From: Methanobacteriota archaeon
GTDB taxonomy: Archaea; Thermoplasmatota; Thermoplasmata; SG8-5; DAIRED01
Assembly: GCA_043799545.1 (NCBI GenBank)
Contig: JAZDNO010000002.1
Coordinates: forward strand, 32,001 to 96,000
DNA length: 64,000 nucleotides
Direction: 5' to 3'
Part shown: piece after piece, positions 44,744 through 53,626 of the stretch
Position numbering within the stretch: the first letter of the stretch is position 1
Layout: each line of letters opens with the position of its first letter
Position numbers and translations under genes: made by a program
The notes under the pieces: model-generated
The model's database searches: none
The model's input: the letters and a program-made list of their open reading frames with translations, nothing else
Told to the model about the DNA's origin: nothing

Positions 44744-45651
44744 GCCGCCCGTTCGCGCCGCTGGCTGCGACGGTGGTCGGCAGTTTTCCCGCAAAGCCCG
44801 CGATGAAAATGATGGCGGCCAGCTATCGCGACGGCTCGGACCCGTTCGTCGCATCGCTTGAGGGGAGCGTGAAAGCCCAGCTCGGCGCGGGAATAGATAT
44901 CGTTTCAGATGGTCAGACCCGCGACACGATGGTCAACCTCTTCGCCAAGGGGCTGAGGGGCGTGAGGATGCGCGAGCGTCCGGCCGTTGTGAGGGAGATA
45001 GAATGGATTTCCCCCATCACCCTAGAAGACCAGAAGCATGCGAAGAGCCTCCTGCCCCCTGAAAAGAAGCTCAAGGGAATCATCACCGGGCCATTCACCA
45101 TGGCCAAGGGCCTGGAAGACAAATTCTACGGCAGCGCGGAGAATATGGCCTTCGCCCTCGCGGAAGCGATGAACAAGGAGGCGCGCTCCCTCGAACCGTT
45201 CGTCGACGTCATCCAGTTCGACGAGCCTTTCTTCTCCGTCGAATGGCCAGAATTCGCCCAGGTGCTTGTCGAGACCGCCAGGCGCGGGCTGTCCAAGCCT
45301 GTAGCGTTGCACGTATGCGGCGACGTGGCCCCGATCTTCGACAAGCTTACCGAGCTTCCGGTAGACCTGCTGGACCACGAGTTCGCGGCGCATCCCGAAC
45401 TGCTGGCGACGGTCGCGGACGTGTCGTTCAGGCAGAGCCTGGGATTCGGATGCGTGCGCTCCGATAAGAACGAGGTCGACCGGTTGGGCGATGTTGTCTC
45501 GCTCGTCCGCGAGGCCATTGACCGCCTTGGCGCGGAACGCATGCTCCTCGACCCGGACTGCGGGTTGAGACATCTGGACGAGCCAGTCGCCCGCGCGAAG
45601 CTGGAGACTGTCGTCCGCGCTCGGAACGAAGTGCTGGCCATGCTTCGCTGA
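44740..45651 (+). CDS. Core (single-barrel) MetE-like methionine synthase, MesA-type methylcorrinoid:homocysteine methyltransferase
   Basis: TVVGSFP, GIDIVSDGQTR, GIITGPFT, IQFDEP, Zn ligands LHVCG / DHEF / DPDCGLR; ~303 aa, lacking the N-terminal folate-binding half; TTG start overlaps the mtrH stop. Confidence 0.88.
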   Translation: MSRPFAPLAATVVGSFPAKPAMKMMAASYRDGSDPFVASLEGSVKAQLGAGIDIVSDGQTRDTMVNLFAKGLRGVRMRERPAVVREIEWISPITLEDQKHAKSLLPPEKKLKGIITGPFTMAKGLEDKFYGSAENMAFALAEAMNKEARSLEPFVDVIQFDEPFFSVEWPEFAQVLVETARRGLSKPVALHVCGDVAPIFDKLTELPVDLLDHEFAAHPELLATVADVSFRQSLGFGCVRSDKNEVDRLGDVVSLVREAIDRLGAERMLLDPDCGLRHLDEPVARAKLETVVRARNEVLAMLR

Positions 45652-45701
45652 GCCGGGAGTTGGCGAAGGGGTTAAGTACGTCAGCGGCGATTTGACCCAC
45701 G

Positions 45702-47795
45702 ATGACCCTGCGGCCCCGCGCTTTCACGGTCGTTCTCGCATCAGCGTTGCTCGTGTCGAGCATCGTCGTCTGCCTGGCATCGCCCCGCGCTGGCGCGGCC
45801 TCGTGGACCGACGACTTCGCCGGCACGGCGTTCGACCCCAGATGGACTTTCCACGGCGACGGCCTGCCGATGCTCGACAACGATACGCACTGGTTCGCGC
45901 TATATCATGACGTCGCGAACGAGACGGCAGGGGTCTGGAGGGGTCCCGCCATCAGGGCGCAGACAGCCGACGCATACGAATTCGACGTTAGCGCGACGAT
46001 GAGGTGCATCGCCGGCGAGGAGCCTGTCGGCAGGGCGGAGGTGCGCCTGCTCGATTCCGCTGGCGCTTCGATATACGCTTTCAGCTGGACCGACCCCGCC
46101 AACACCAACAACGCCGCGCAGGTGTCGTTCTTTTCCGGCGCGGCGGATATGTTGATGTACACCACGGGCGCAACGTACGACTACTCGATATTCATGGACA
46201 AGTCGCTTAGGCTGGCACGGCTGTCCGGTCAGGTATCGTTCTACATAGACGGGGCGCTGAAGTATTCGGGCACGACCCAGGCGGCCAAGGTCTCCACAAT
46301 CCAGCTCGCGCTGCTGAAGGACACGGACATCTGCCCGCTGAGCAAGGAGGACATGACGTTCGACAGCGTCTCCCTCGATTACACGGCGGCTCTGACGCCG
46401 TCGGCGCCCACCGGGCTCGCCGCGGCACCTTCGAACGGAGCGGCCTCGCTCTCGTGGTCGTCACCGGATGTGGGAACGGGCGCCCCCGTGATTGGCTACC
46501 GCATCTACAGGGGATACTCGTCCGGGAACGAGCTCTTCCTCACCTCGGTCGGCCCCACCCCTTTCTACAACGACTCGGGATTGACGAACGGACAGCCCTA
46601 TTTCTACAAGGTCAGCGCGGTTTCGGGGCTGGGGGAGGGCGCGATCTCCACCGAGGCCTCGGCCGTGCCGAGGACCGTGCCGGGCCAGCCCGTCAACCTG
46701 CAGACCGTCGGCAGCCCATCGCGTGTCAGCCTCACGTGGTCCCCCCCCGCAGACGACGGCGGCTCGGCGGTCATAGGTTACAAGGTCTACCGTGGAACCC
46801 AATCCGGTTCGCCGTCGTTGCTGGCCGCCCTCGGAGCGGTCGTTTCCTACGACGACGCGGCGGTGACGGCCGATTCGTCATACTACTATTCGGTCAGCGC
46901 AGTGAACGGCGCGGGCGAGGGTGCCCAATCGGGGGAGGCACATGCCAGCACACTCTCCGGCACCACCCTTCCTTCAGCTCCCAGGGATCTCGCGGCTCTT
47001 TCAACAAATGGCACGGTCGCCCTGAGCTGGAGCGCGCCGCTATCGAACGGCAACACCCTCATCGACCATTACTCTGTCTACAGGGGGGCATCGTCAGGAG
47101 AGAGGGCGTGGCTCGCGGACGTAGCTGGAATTCCCGGCTACGCCGACGCTGCCGTAACGGCGGGCCGCACCTACTACTACACCGTCACGGCGACGAATGC
47201 CGCGGGGGAGAGCCCGACCTCTGGCGAAGCGAGGGTCACCGTAGCGGGGACGACGGTCCTGACGGAGCCATCAGAGCCGCTGAACCTCACTCTCCAGACG
47301 GGGGACGGTTTCGTCCTGCTGACGTGGGAGAGCCCCGCCGACGACGGCGGCAGTCCCATCACGTCGTACAAGGTCTACAGAGGTTCGACGCCCTCCGCGC
47401 AGGCGTTGCTTGTAGAATTCGGTCCGGTGAACGGTTACTCCGATACGGATTTGGCGAGCGGCGATACCTACTGTTACGCGGTCTCGGCCGTGAACGCCGT
47501 CGGCGAGGGGGCGGCCTCCGCCACAGCGAATGTCACGATAGCCTCGGAGCAGAGCGTCACCAACGAAACGGAGACGGACGACACGTCGCAGCTGAGCCAC
47601 TGGACCTGGAAGTCGTCGGTCGTGATGCTCGTCCTGCTCGTCATAGGAAGCGCGGGGATTCTGTGGTACATGAGAACGCCGGAATCCCCTTCACAACCTG
47701 GCGACCCACTGAAGGGCTCAGGTGAAAAGCCAGACGAGAGCGTTGATGGCGAGTCCGATGAGGATGCCGCCGACGAAGAAGGTGGCCACGATTAG
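45702..47795 (+). CDS. Exported protein with four fibronectin type III domains and a C-terminal TM helix
   Basis: Signal peptide, repeated LSW..P...G...Y..YRG...Y.D......YYY.V.AVN..GEG motifs, TM helix and acidic tail. Confidence 0.88.
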   Translation: MTLRPRAFTVVLASALLVSSIVVCLASPRAGAASWTDDFAGTAFDPRWTFHGDGLPMLDNDTHWFALYHDVANETAGVWRGPAIRAQTADAYEFDVSATMRCIAGEEPVGRAEVRLLDSAGASIYAFSWTDPANTNNAAQVSFFSGAADMLMYTTGATYDYSIFMDKSLRLARLSGQVSFYIDGALKYSGTTQAAKVSTIQLALLKDTDICPLSKEDMTFDSVSLDYTAALTPSAPTGLAAAPSNGAASLSWSSPDVGTGAPVIGYRIYRGYSSGNELFLTSVGPTPFYNDSGLTNGQPYFYKVSAVSGLGEGAISTEASAVPRTVPGQPVNLQTVGSPSRVSLTWSPPADDGGSAVIGYKVYRGTQSGSPSLLAALGAVVSYDDAAVTADSSYYYSVSAVNGAGEGAQSGEAHASTLSGTTLPSAPRDLAALSTNGTVALSWSAPLSNGNTLIDHYSVYRGASSGERAWLADVAGIPGYADAAVTAGRTYYYTVTATNAAGESPTSGEARVTVAGTTVLTEPSEPLNLTLQTGDGFVLLTWESPADDGGSPITSYKVYRGSTPSAQALLVEFGPVNGYSDTDLASGDTYCYAVSAVNAVGEGAASATANVTIASEQSVTNETETDDTSQLSHWTWKSSVVMLVLLVIGSAGILWYMRTPESPSQPGDPLKGSGEKPDESVDGESDEDAADEEGGHD

Positions 47796-48881
47796 AACGG
47801 TCACCTTCTTGCCGAACGTCGCGTTGAGCACCGGTATGGCCGAGATGCAGATGGCGTTGCCGCATATCGCGAACGCTATCGCGTGGCCGAGGGGCAGCCC
47901 GAAGGCAAGGAGCGGAGCCAGTATGATCACGTCCTCGCCGGAGCAGATGAAAATCGGTATGGCTATCAAGACCAGCAGCACTAGCCCGGGTATGCTCCCT
48001 ATGACGTCCGCCCTGTCGCCGATGAACGATACGATCATCTCTTCGTTCAGATAGGTCGCGATTATCGACCCGAGGAGAATCCCGAGGAAGATGAACTTCA
48101 TCAGGTACATGAGCTGGTCCCAGCCGGCGAGCAGCGCCGATGTGCGCGTCTGGTATGACTTCGACGAGCGGCATCCCTCGCACGAGTAGCATCCAGCGCG
48201 CGCGTCCCCTGGTTCCTTCACGCCAGCGAAACGCTCTATCAGCACCCCAGCGCTCATCGCGATGACGAAGACGGATATTATCTCGATGACCAGGTACTCC
48301 CAGCCTATCCTTGCGACCGCGAGGACCATGACCATCGGGCTTAGTATCGGCACGACGACCAGGAACGTGATGACAGCCCGCACGCGCATCTGCTTGCCAA
48401 GCATCATGCCATGCGCGAGCGGGACACCGGCGCACGAGCATATCGGGATGACCGATGCGAACAGGCCCGCGCCGAGCATGCTCTTCGGCAGGCGAAGCTT
48501 GCCCAACGTCATGTATTTGATGACGAAGCCAGCCAGTATGCACCCCCACACAAACCACGGCGCTATCCCGAGCAGGTCCTTGTAGACATAATCGAGGTAG
48601 CTAGCTTCCCCCTCCCCGGACGAAGTCTCGGCCTTGCACCACCAGCAGTACATGTAGAGGAAGATGGAGAATACGGCCATGACGGCCATGAACCACCACT
48701 TGGCCCTGTCCGAGATTTCGAGACTCCCGCCGATGCGGTTCAACCATTCGTCGAACGGCTTGGATCGCTTCCGAACGGATTCTGAGACGAATGCCCAGAC
48801 TACATACACGACAAGGGCGATGCTGAGAATCCAGTGGACCCCGAAACCATCTACGTACAGTTCCAGCGCGGCCATCGCCAT
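47718..48881 (-). CDS. ArsP/DUF318-like permease
   Basis: IPICSCAGVP, TFLVVVPILSP and IPIFICSGED motifs; two TM bundles separated by a GCYSCEGC loop. Confidence 0.82.
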   Translation of the reverse strand: MAMAALELYVDGFGVHWILSIALVVYVVWAFVSESVRKRSKPFDEWLNRIGGSLEISDRAKWWFMAVMAVFSIFLYMYCWWCKAETSSGEGEASYLDYVYKDLLGIAPWFVWGCILAGFVIKYMTLGKLRLPKSMLGAGLFASVIPICSCAGVPLAHGMMLGKQMRVRAVITFLVVVPILSPMVMVLAVARIGWEYLVIEIISVFVIAMSAGVLIERFAGVKEPGDARAGCYSCEGCRSSKSYQTRTSALLAGWDQLMYLMKFIFLGILLGSIIATYLNEEMIVSFIGDRADVIGSIPGLVLLVLIAIPIFICSGEDVIILAPLLAFGLPLGHAIAFAICGNAICISAIPVLNATFGKKVTVLIVATFFVGGILIGLAINALVWLFT

Positions 48882-48981
48882 AGTTTAACCGCACGAGCTA
48901 TTTATATTCTGCCACAATCTGGTTTGTTTCGAGCAAAATTTATTATATGACACAGGATTGTTATCTGACGAGGTCCGACGA

Positions 48982-51900
48982 ATGCGCTTCAATCCCGCTG
49001 CCACAACTCTAGCACTCGCAGTCATGATGCTCACGGCATCGCTCCACGCGTTACCGGCGGCTGGAAAGGTTGAGGGCGGAGAGACCCCGAACGACATCGA
49101 ATACGTCCCGGGCGATTGGTACGTCGCTAGTAGCGAGTGGAGGAATGACACTACCGTCATCCTCAGGGGGAACCTCATCGTCCCGACTGGCGCCACTCTA
49201 GCGTTCCGCAACGTAACGCTGAAGATGGACTGCACGCTCTCCGACGGGCAGTATCGCGTCGAGGTCCGGCCCGGCGGGAGGTTCTACGCAAACGATACTG
49301 ACGGCGATCCATCCACGGCCGGGGACGCACCCGTCATTGCGAACAACGGTACGATTTACGGCTTCGCGCTCCAGGTCAACGAGAGCGGCGTCTTCGAGCT
49401 CAGGAACGGCGCACTCACCAAGTGCGGTTTGCTCCACGGACAGGTTGGCGCGGGCGTTTCCGGCCCGAGGTTGCTCTCCGACAACGCCGCGCTCGTCGGC
49501 AGCGAGATATATGGGTGCGCGAACGGAGTCGTGGTCGATTCGGCCAATGCTACGATAACGGGATGCACCATAAGGAACAACCTGTTCAACGGCGTGTATG
49601 TGACGAACCTGTCCGTACCGTCCCACAGGTTCTCGTTCGATGTCAACAACTCAAACATCTCGGGCAACGCTGGGGCCGGGGTCGATGTCAACGTCGACTA
49701 CCTGGATGCACATCTGGCGGATAACGAGTTGTGGTCGAACGGCAAGGGGGGGGTCCTTCTCAAAGGGGCGATGTTCTGCAACGCGACGCTGAGCCGGAAC
49801 ATCCTTGGCAAGAATTTCGAGCCGGGGACGATTGGATTCTTCGCCTCGCCTGGCGGGTCCGTCGATGCGTCGATGGACAACAACACCCTGGTGGCGAACA
49901 ACGGCACGCAGGTGCGAGCCGGCATCGAGAACACTGGTTCGTCCTATCTCGACGAAATCTCCGCCCGGAGCGTCGAGTTGGATGCGATCGACAACGTCAT
50001 AGACAGCGACGGCGCGTTCGCGGGGTTCTTCGCCCTGGCGACGGAACGCATCAGGACGAACCTATCTCGCAACGAGATACACACGGACGGGAGCAGCTAC
50101 GGAGCGATTCACGTCGGGAAACTGGCTTACGGCAAGGTCAACAACCAAGCGGCCACCGGGAGCGTCAGCGTCGAATTGGTCGGAAACAACATCTCCAACA
50201 AGGACGGGGGGGCCCTCAAGATAACCGCGCTCCGCCGCCTCTGGGTAAATATGACGGACAACAACCTGACCAACCTAGTGTCGCTGTGCGGCGGTATGTC
50301 CTTCGGCTGGCTCTCCGACAGCATTGACGACTCGACGCCCGACACCGCGGACATTCTCGTTTTGAACAACCGCTTCAAGGACGTGGAGGGCTCGAATGGA
50401 CTGTGGATGAAGGCCGTGTACGACCTGAACGCGACCGTGGAGAACAACACGTTCAAAAACATTCTCGGGGGGGCCCTGAGACTCGGCTGGCTGTCCGATG
50501 TCGATTCAAACTACGCACCGCTGCCGTGGGCCTACCCGACCAGGAATGTCAGGGCAAAGGTCTGCAACAACGTCATCTCCGGGGGTTCGGGCCCTGGAAT
50601 ATGGATATACTCGTCCAACGGGAGCCAGGTCTTCTCCAATACTGTCTCGTGGAAGTACGGCAACTACTACCCGTACATGGGGGACGGCATCCGCATCCAA
50701 TCCACCAACAAGCCAACGTTCGTCCATCACAACACCATTGTTGACTGCTCGATGGTCGGGATACGGCTCTTCAACGCAACCGGCGCTTCGGTCTACGACA
50801 ACACACTCTCGTCGAACATCTACGGTCTCGGATTCGAATCGCAGGCGAGGGGGAACACGCTCTGGAGAAACGTTGTAACCAAGACGACGAGCGAATACGG
50901 TTATTACCTGACCGTAGATTCTCTCAACAACTCGATACCGGTAAACAACACGGTCCAGGGTTCCTATCTCAAGTTAATCCACGGCTTGCACGGCACGCCC
51001 ATCGTCCTCGCCACGTTCCCTCCGTGGAACGAGCAGGTGCACCTCATGTCCAACCTGGGTCAGATAATCGTCGGCGACTCGACGTACCTGGACATACAAG
51101 GACACGTCGCGAAGAACGGCTCTGCGGGCTTGTGCCTCTCGAACGTGACGCACTCGCTCGTCCGCGGCAACGCGCTGTCCAGCAATCAAGCCCTTGGCGG
51201 CTCCGGCTTGGACCTGAGGACGGGTTCAGCATGGAACGTCGTCCGGGGCAACACGCTCTCGTCGAATACGAGAGGGATCTCATTCAACACCATGGCTGCA
51301 GAGAATACGCTGTGGTCGAACACTGTGACAAAGGCGGCCTCCCAGACGGGGCTCTGGTTCGACACTCAATCGAGGTGGTTGCGAAACATCATCCCGGCGA
51401 ACAACACGGTCAACGGCGTCTCCATGAGGTATTACCATTCCGTGAGCGGGTTCTCGCTGGACGGCGCATCGGTAAACGTCCCGCTCATGACGAACCTCGG
51501 TCAAGTTACAGCGGTGAACTGCACGGGACTGTCTCTGTCCAACATCACGTTGATAGGCGCATCAGGGGCGAGCGGAATCTACCTGCACGCGACCGACGGA
51601 GTCACCATCCTCGATTCGTCGGTCTCAGGGAGCTACATGGGCCTCTACGCCAGGGATTCGGACGGACTGCTTCTCCGGGATGTCTCTCTCAACCAGGGAA
51701 CCTACAACTGCGACCTCTACAACGTAGCGAACGTCGTCATCGAGGGGTGCAACCTGGACAACGGGGCGACCCTGCTGTACCTCCGATCCACGTCCCCGAC
51801 AATCCGCAACTCCTCAATCAATGGCGCCTCCTACCTGGCATTCAACCTCTCCTCCGGAAGCAAGGCGAAGCTGCTGAACACGACGCTCCAGAGGAACAGC

Positions 51901-53496
51901 GCCACTGTCTCCGCGGACTCGTCCCTCGAGGTCAGCTGGTATCTCCACACCCTGGTGCAATGCAATAATATGGTGGTCGGATTCGCGGCGCTTCGCCTCA
52001 CGAACGTCACGGGCGCTACGGTCCTGAACGCACTGACAGACGGTTCAGGCAGGATGAGGAACGTCGCGGTTCCTGAGTTCAAGCTCGATGGCGCAGCCGG
52101 TCTAAAGATGTACAATCCATACAACCTGAACGTGACGAAAGCAGGCTACGGCTCGGCGGATGTCTTCGCACCGATGGACTCGACGACGGCACTCGTCGTG
52201 ATTCTGGATGACCGCACATCCCCTGTAACGACGGTCGGACCATCTTTGGACCGTTCGCCCGTCCTAGCCTCCAGGGGGAAGGTCTGGCTGAACGCGACCT
52301 TCGACGACAGAGTCACCGGCAACGGAACGATATCGAGGGGGGAATATGTCATCTCGGCAACGGCGACGCCGAACGGTGGGGGGACGGGGATGACGGCCGC
52401 GGACGGCGCGCTAGATTCCGCCTGCGAGACGCTCACCGCGCCCATTTCGATTGCAGGCTGGGTGGAGGGCTCGTACACCATCTGGACCCACGCCGCGGAC
52501 GCCGCTGGAAACTGGTGCCCCTGGCAACAAGCCCAACTCACCGTTAACGACGACCTTGGACCGAAACTGACGAAGGGGCCAACCGTGTCCCCCACGGCGG
52601 TCTCGACGGAGACTTCCAGGTTGTGGGTGAACGCCACTTTCGACGATTCGCTGACCGGAGGTTCCGACATGGCAGGCTGCTCGCTGACGGTATCGAACGG
52701 CTCGGGGGTCATTGGCCCCGCCCTCTATCCATACACGATTACGGCGACCGACGGGGCGTTTGACGAGGCGGCGGAGGGGCTGAGTGTCTCAATCGACTGC
52801 ACGCTTTGGGGAGTCGGGATTTACACGCTGAGTATCATGGGGAAGGATGAGAGGGGGAACCTCGGAAACGTCATCGCGCTAACTCTCAATGTCGCAGACA
52901 AGACTCCGCCATCCATCCCGACTGACTTCCGCGTTTCGACGGGGAATGGCACGCTCAAGCTTTCCTGGACGGCGGGTACTGAGGCGGACCTCGCCGGGTA
53001 CAGACTCTACAGATCATACGTCTCGGGCAAAAGCTACAGCCTAATCGCGAATGTCCCCGGTAACGACATCACATACCTGGACGTGGGCCTTGTCAACGGC
53101 GTGACCTACTACTACGTTCTGACGGCGGTCGATAACGCGACCGATCCCAACGAGTCCCCCCGTTCCATCGAAGTCTCCGGTAAACCGATGGCAGAAGCTG
53201 TGATTGACGACGGTGGCGACGGCAGCACGGACGACGGCGGCTCGGGTGACGACGGCGGCACGGACGACGGTGACTCGGATGACGGCGGCAGCACGGACGA
53301 CGGCGGCTCGGATGACGGCGTCGACACGGACGACGGCGGCGGCAGTGCAGACGATGACAGCGATGCGAACAAAACAGCAAGTGGCTCGGACCTTGACTCG
53401 GGGTTGCTCGGTGCCGCGGTCGCTGCCGTTATCCTATCGATTGTCGCAGCGTCCGCAATATACCGCAAGAAATCCTTGAGGAAGAGAGGCAAGTGA
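48982..53496 (+). CDS. Large surface protein: parallel beta-helix (NosD/pectin-lyase-like) repeats, Ig-like and FN3 domains, Asp/Gly linker, TM anchor
   Basis: Start MRFNP at 48982 (GAGGT SD); N..S.N...GI.L repeats; ADLAGYRLYRS...YYYVLTAVD FN3; DDGG repeats; C-terminal TM plus basic tail. Confidence 0.85.
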   Translation: MRFNPAATTLALAVMMLTASLHALPAAGKVEGGETPNDIEYVPGDWYVASSEWRNDTTVILRGNLIVPTGATLAFRNVTLKMDCTLSDGQYRVEVRPGGRFYANDTDGDPSTAGDAPVIANNGTIYGFALQVNESGVFELRNGALTKCGLLHGQVGAGVSGPRLLSDNAALVGSEIYGCANGVVVDSANATITGCTIRNNLFNGVYVTNLSVPSHRFSFDVNNSNISGNAGAGVDVNVDYLDAHLADNELWSNGKGGVLLKGAMFCNATLSRNILGKNFEPGTIGFFASPGGSVDASMDNNTLVANNGTQVRAGIENTGSSYLDEISARSVELDAIDNVIDSDGAFAGFFALATERIRTNLSRNEIHTDGSSYGAIHVGKLAYGKVNNQAATGSVSVELVGNNISNKDGGALKITALRRLWVNMTDNNLTNLVSLCGGMSFGWLSDSIDDSTPDTADILVLNNRFKDVEGSNGLWMKAVYDLNATVENNTFKNILGGALRLGWLSDVDSNYAPLPWAYPTRNVRAKVCNNVISGGSGPGIWIYSSNGSQVFSNTVSWKYGNYYPYMGDGIRIQSTNKPTFVHHNTIVDCSMVGIRLFNATGASVYDNTLSSNIYGLGFESQARGNTLWRNVVTKTTSEYGYYLTVDSLNNSIPVNNTVQGSYLKLIHGLHGTPIVLATFPPWNEQVHLMSNLGQIIVGDSTYLDIQGHVAKNGSAGLCLSNVTHSLVRGNALSSNQALGGSGLDLRTGSAWNVVRGNTLSSNTRGISFNTMAAENTLWSNTVTKAASQTGLWFDTQSRWLRNIIPANNTVNGVSMRYYHSVSGFSLDGASVNVPLMTNLGQVTAVNCTGLSLSNITLIGASGASGIYLHATDGVTILDSSVSGSYMGLYARDSDGLLLRDVSLNQGTYNCDLYNVANVVIEGCNLDNGATLLYLRSTSPTIRNSSINGASYLAFNLSSGSKAKLLNTTLQRNSATVSADSSLEVSWYLHTLVQCNNMVVGFAALRLTNVTGATVLNALTDGSGRMRNVAVPEFKLDGAAGLKMYNPYNLNVTKAGYGSADVFAPMDSTTALVVILDDRTSPVTTVGPSLDRSPVLASRGKVWLNATFDDRVTGNGTISRGEYVISATATPNGGGTGMTAADGALDSACETLTAPISIAGWVEGSYTIWTHAADAAGNWCPWQQAQLTVNDDLGPKLTKGPTVSPTAVSTETSRLWVNATFDDSLTGGSDMAGCSLTVSNGSGVIGPALYPYTITATDGAFDEAAEGLSVSIDCTLWGVGIYTLSIMGKDERGNLGNVIALTLNVADKTPPSIPTDFRVSTGNGTLKLSWTAGTEADLAGYRLYRSYVSGKSYSLIANVPGNDITYLDVGLVNGVTYYYVLTAVDNATDPNESPRSIEVSGKPMAEAVIDDGGDGSTDDGGSGDDGGTDDGDSDDGGSTDDGGSDDGVDTDDGGGSADDDSDANKTASGSDLDSGLLGAAVAAVILSIVAASAIYRKKSLRKRGK

Positions 53497-53626
53497 GCGC
53501 AGAGACCTTGCTCCTCGTGAATGCTGTTTCTGAAAAAATGATCTGAGAATCTGTCGGACAAATAAAAAGCCTTTAATAATATAGGTTATTACAGGGACGA
53601 TAATATTCTATAAGGAGGTTTGGAAA

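Noticed and set aside
53207-53365. GACGACGGC tandem repeats as a non-coding satellite
   Set aside because: They encode the in-frame Asp/Gly linker before the TM anchor of the surface protein.
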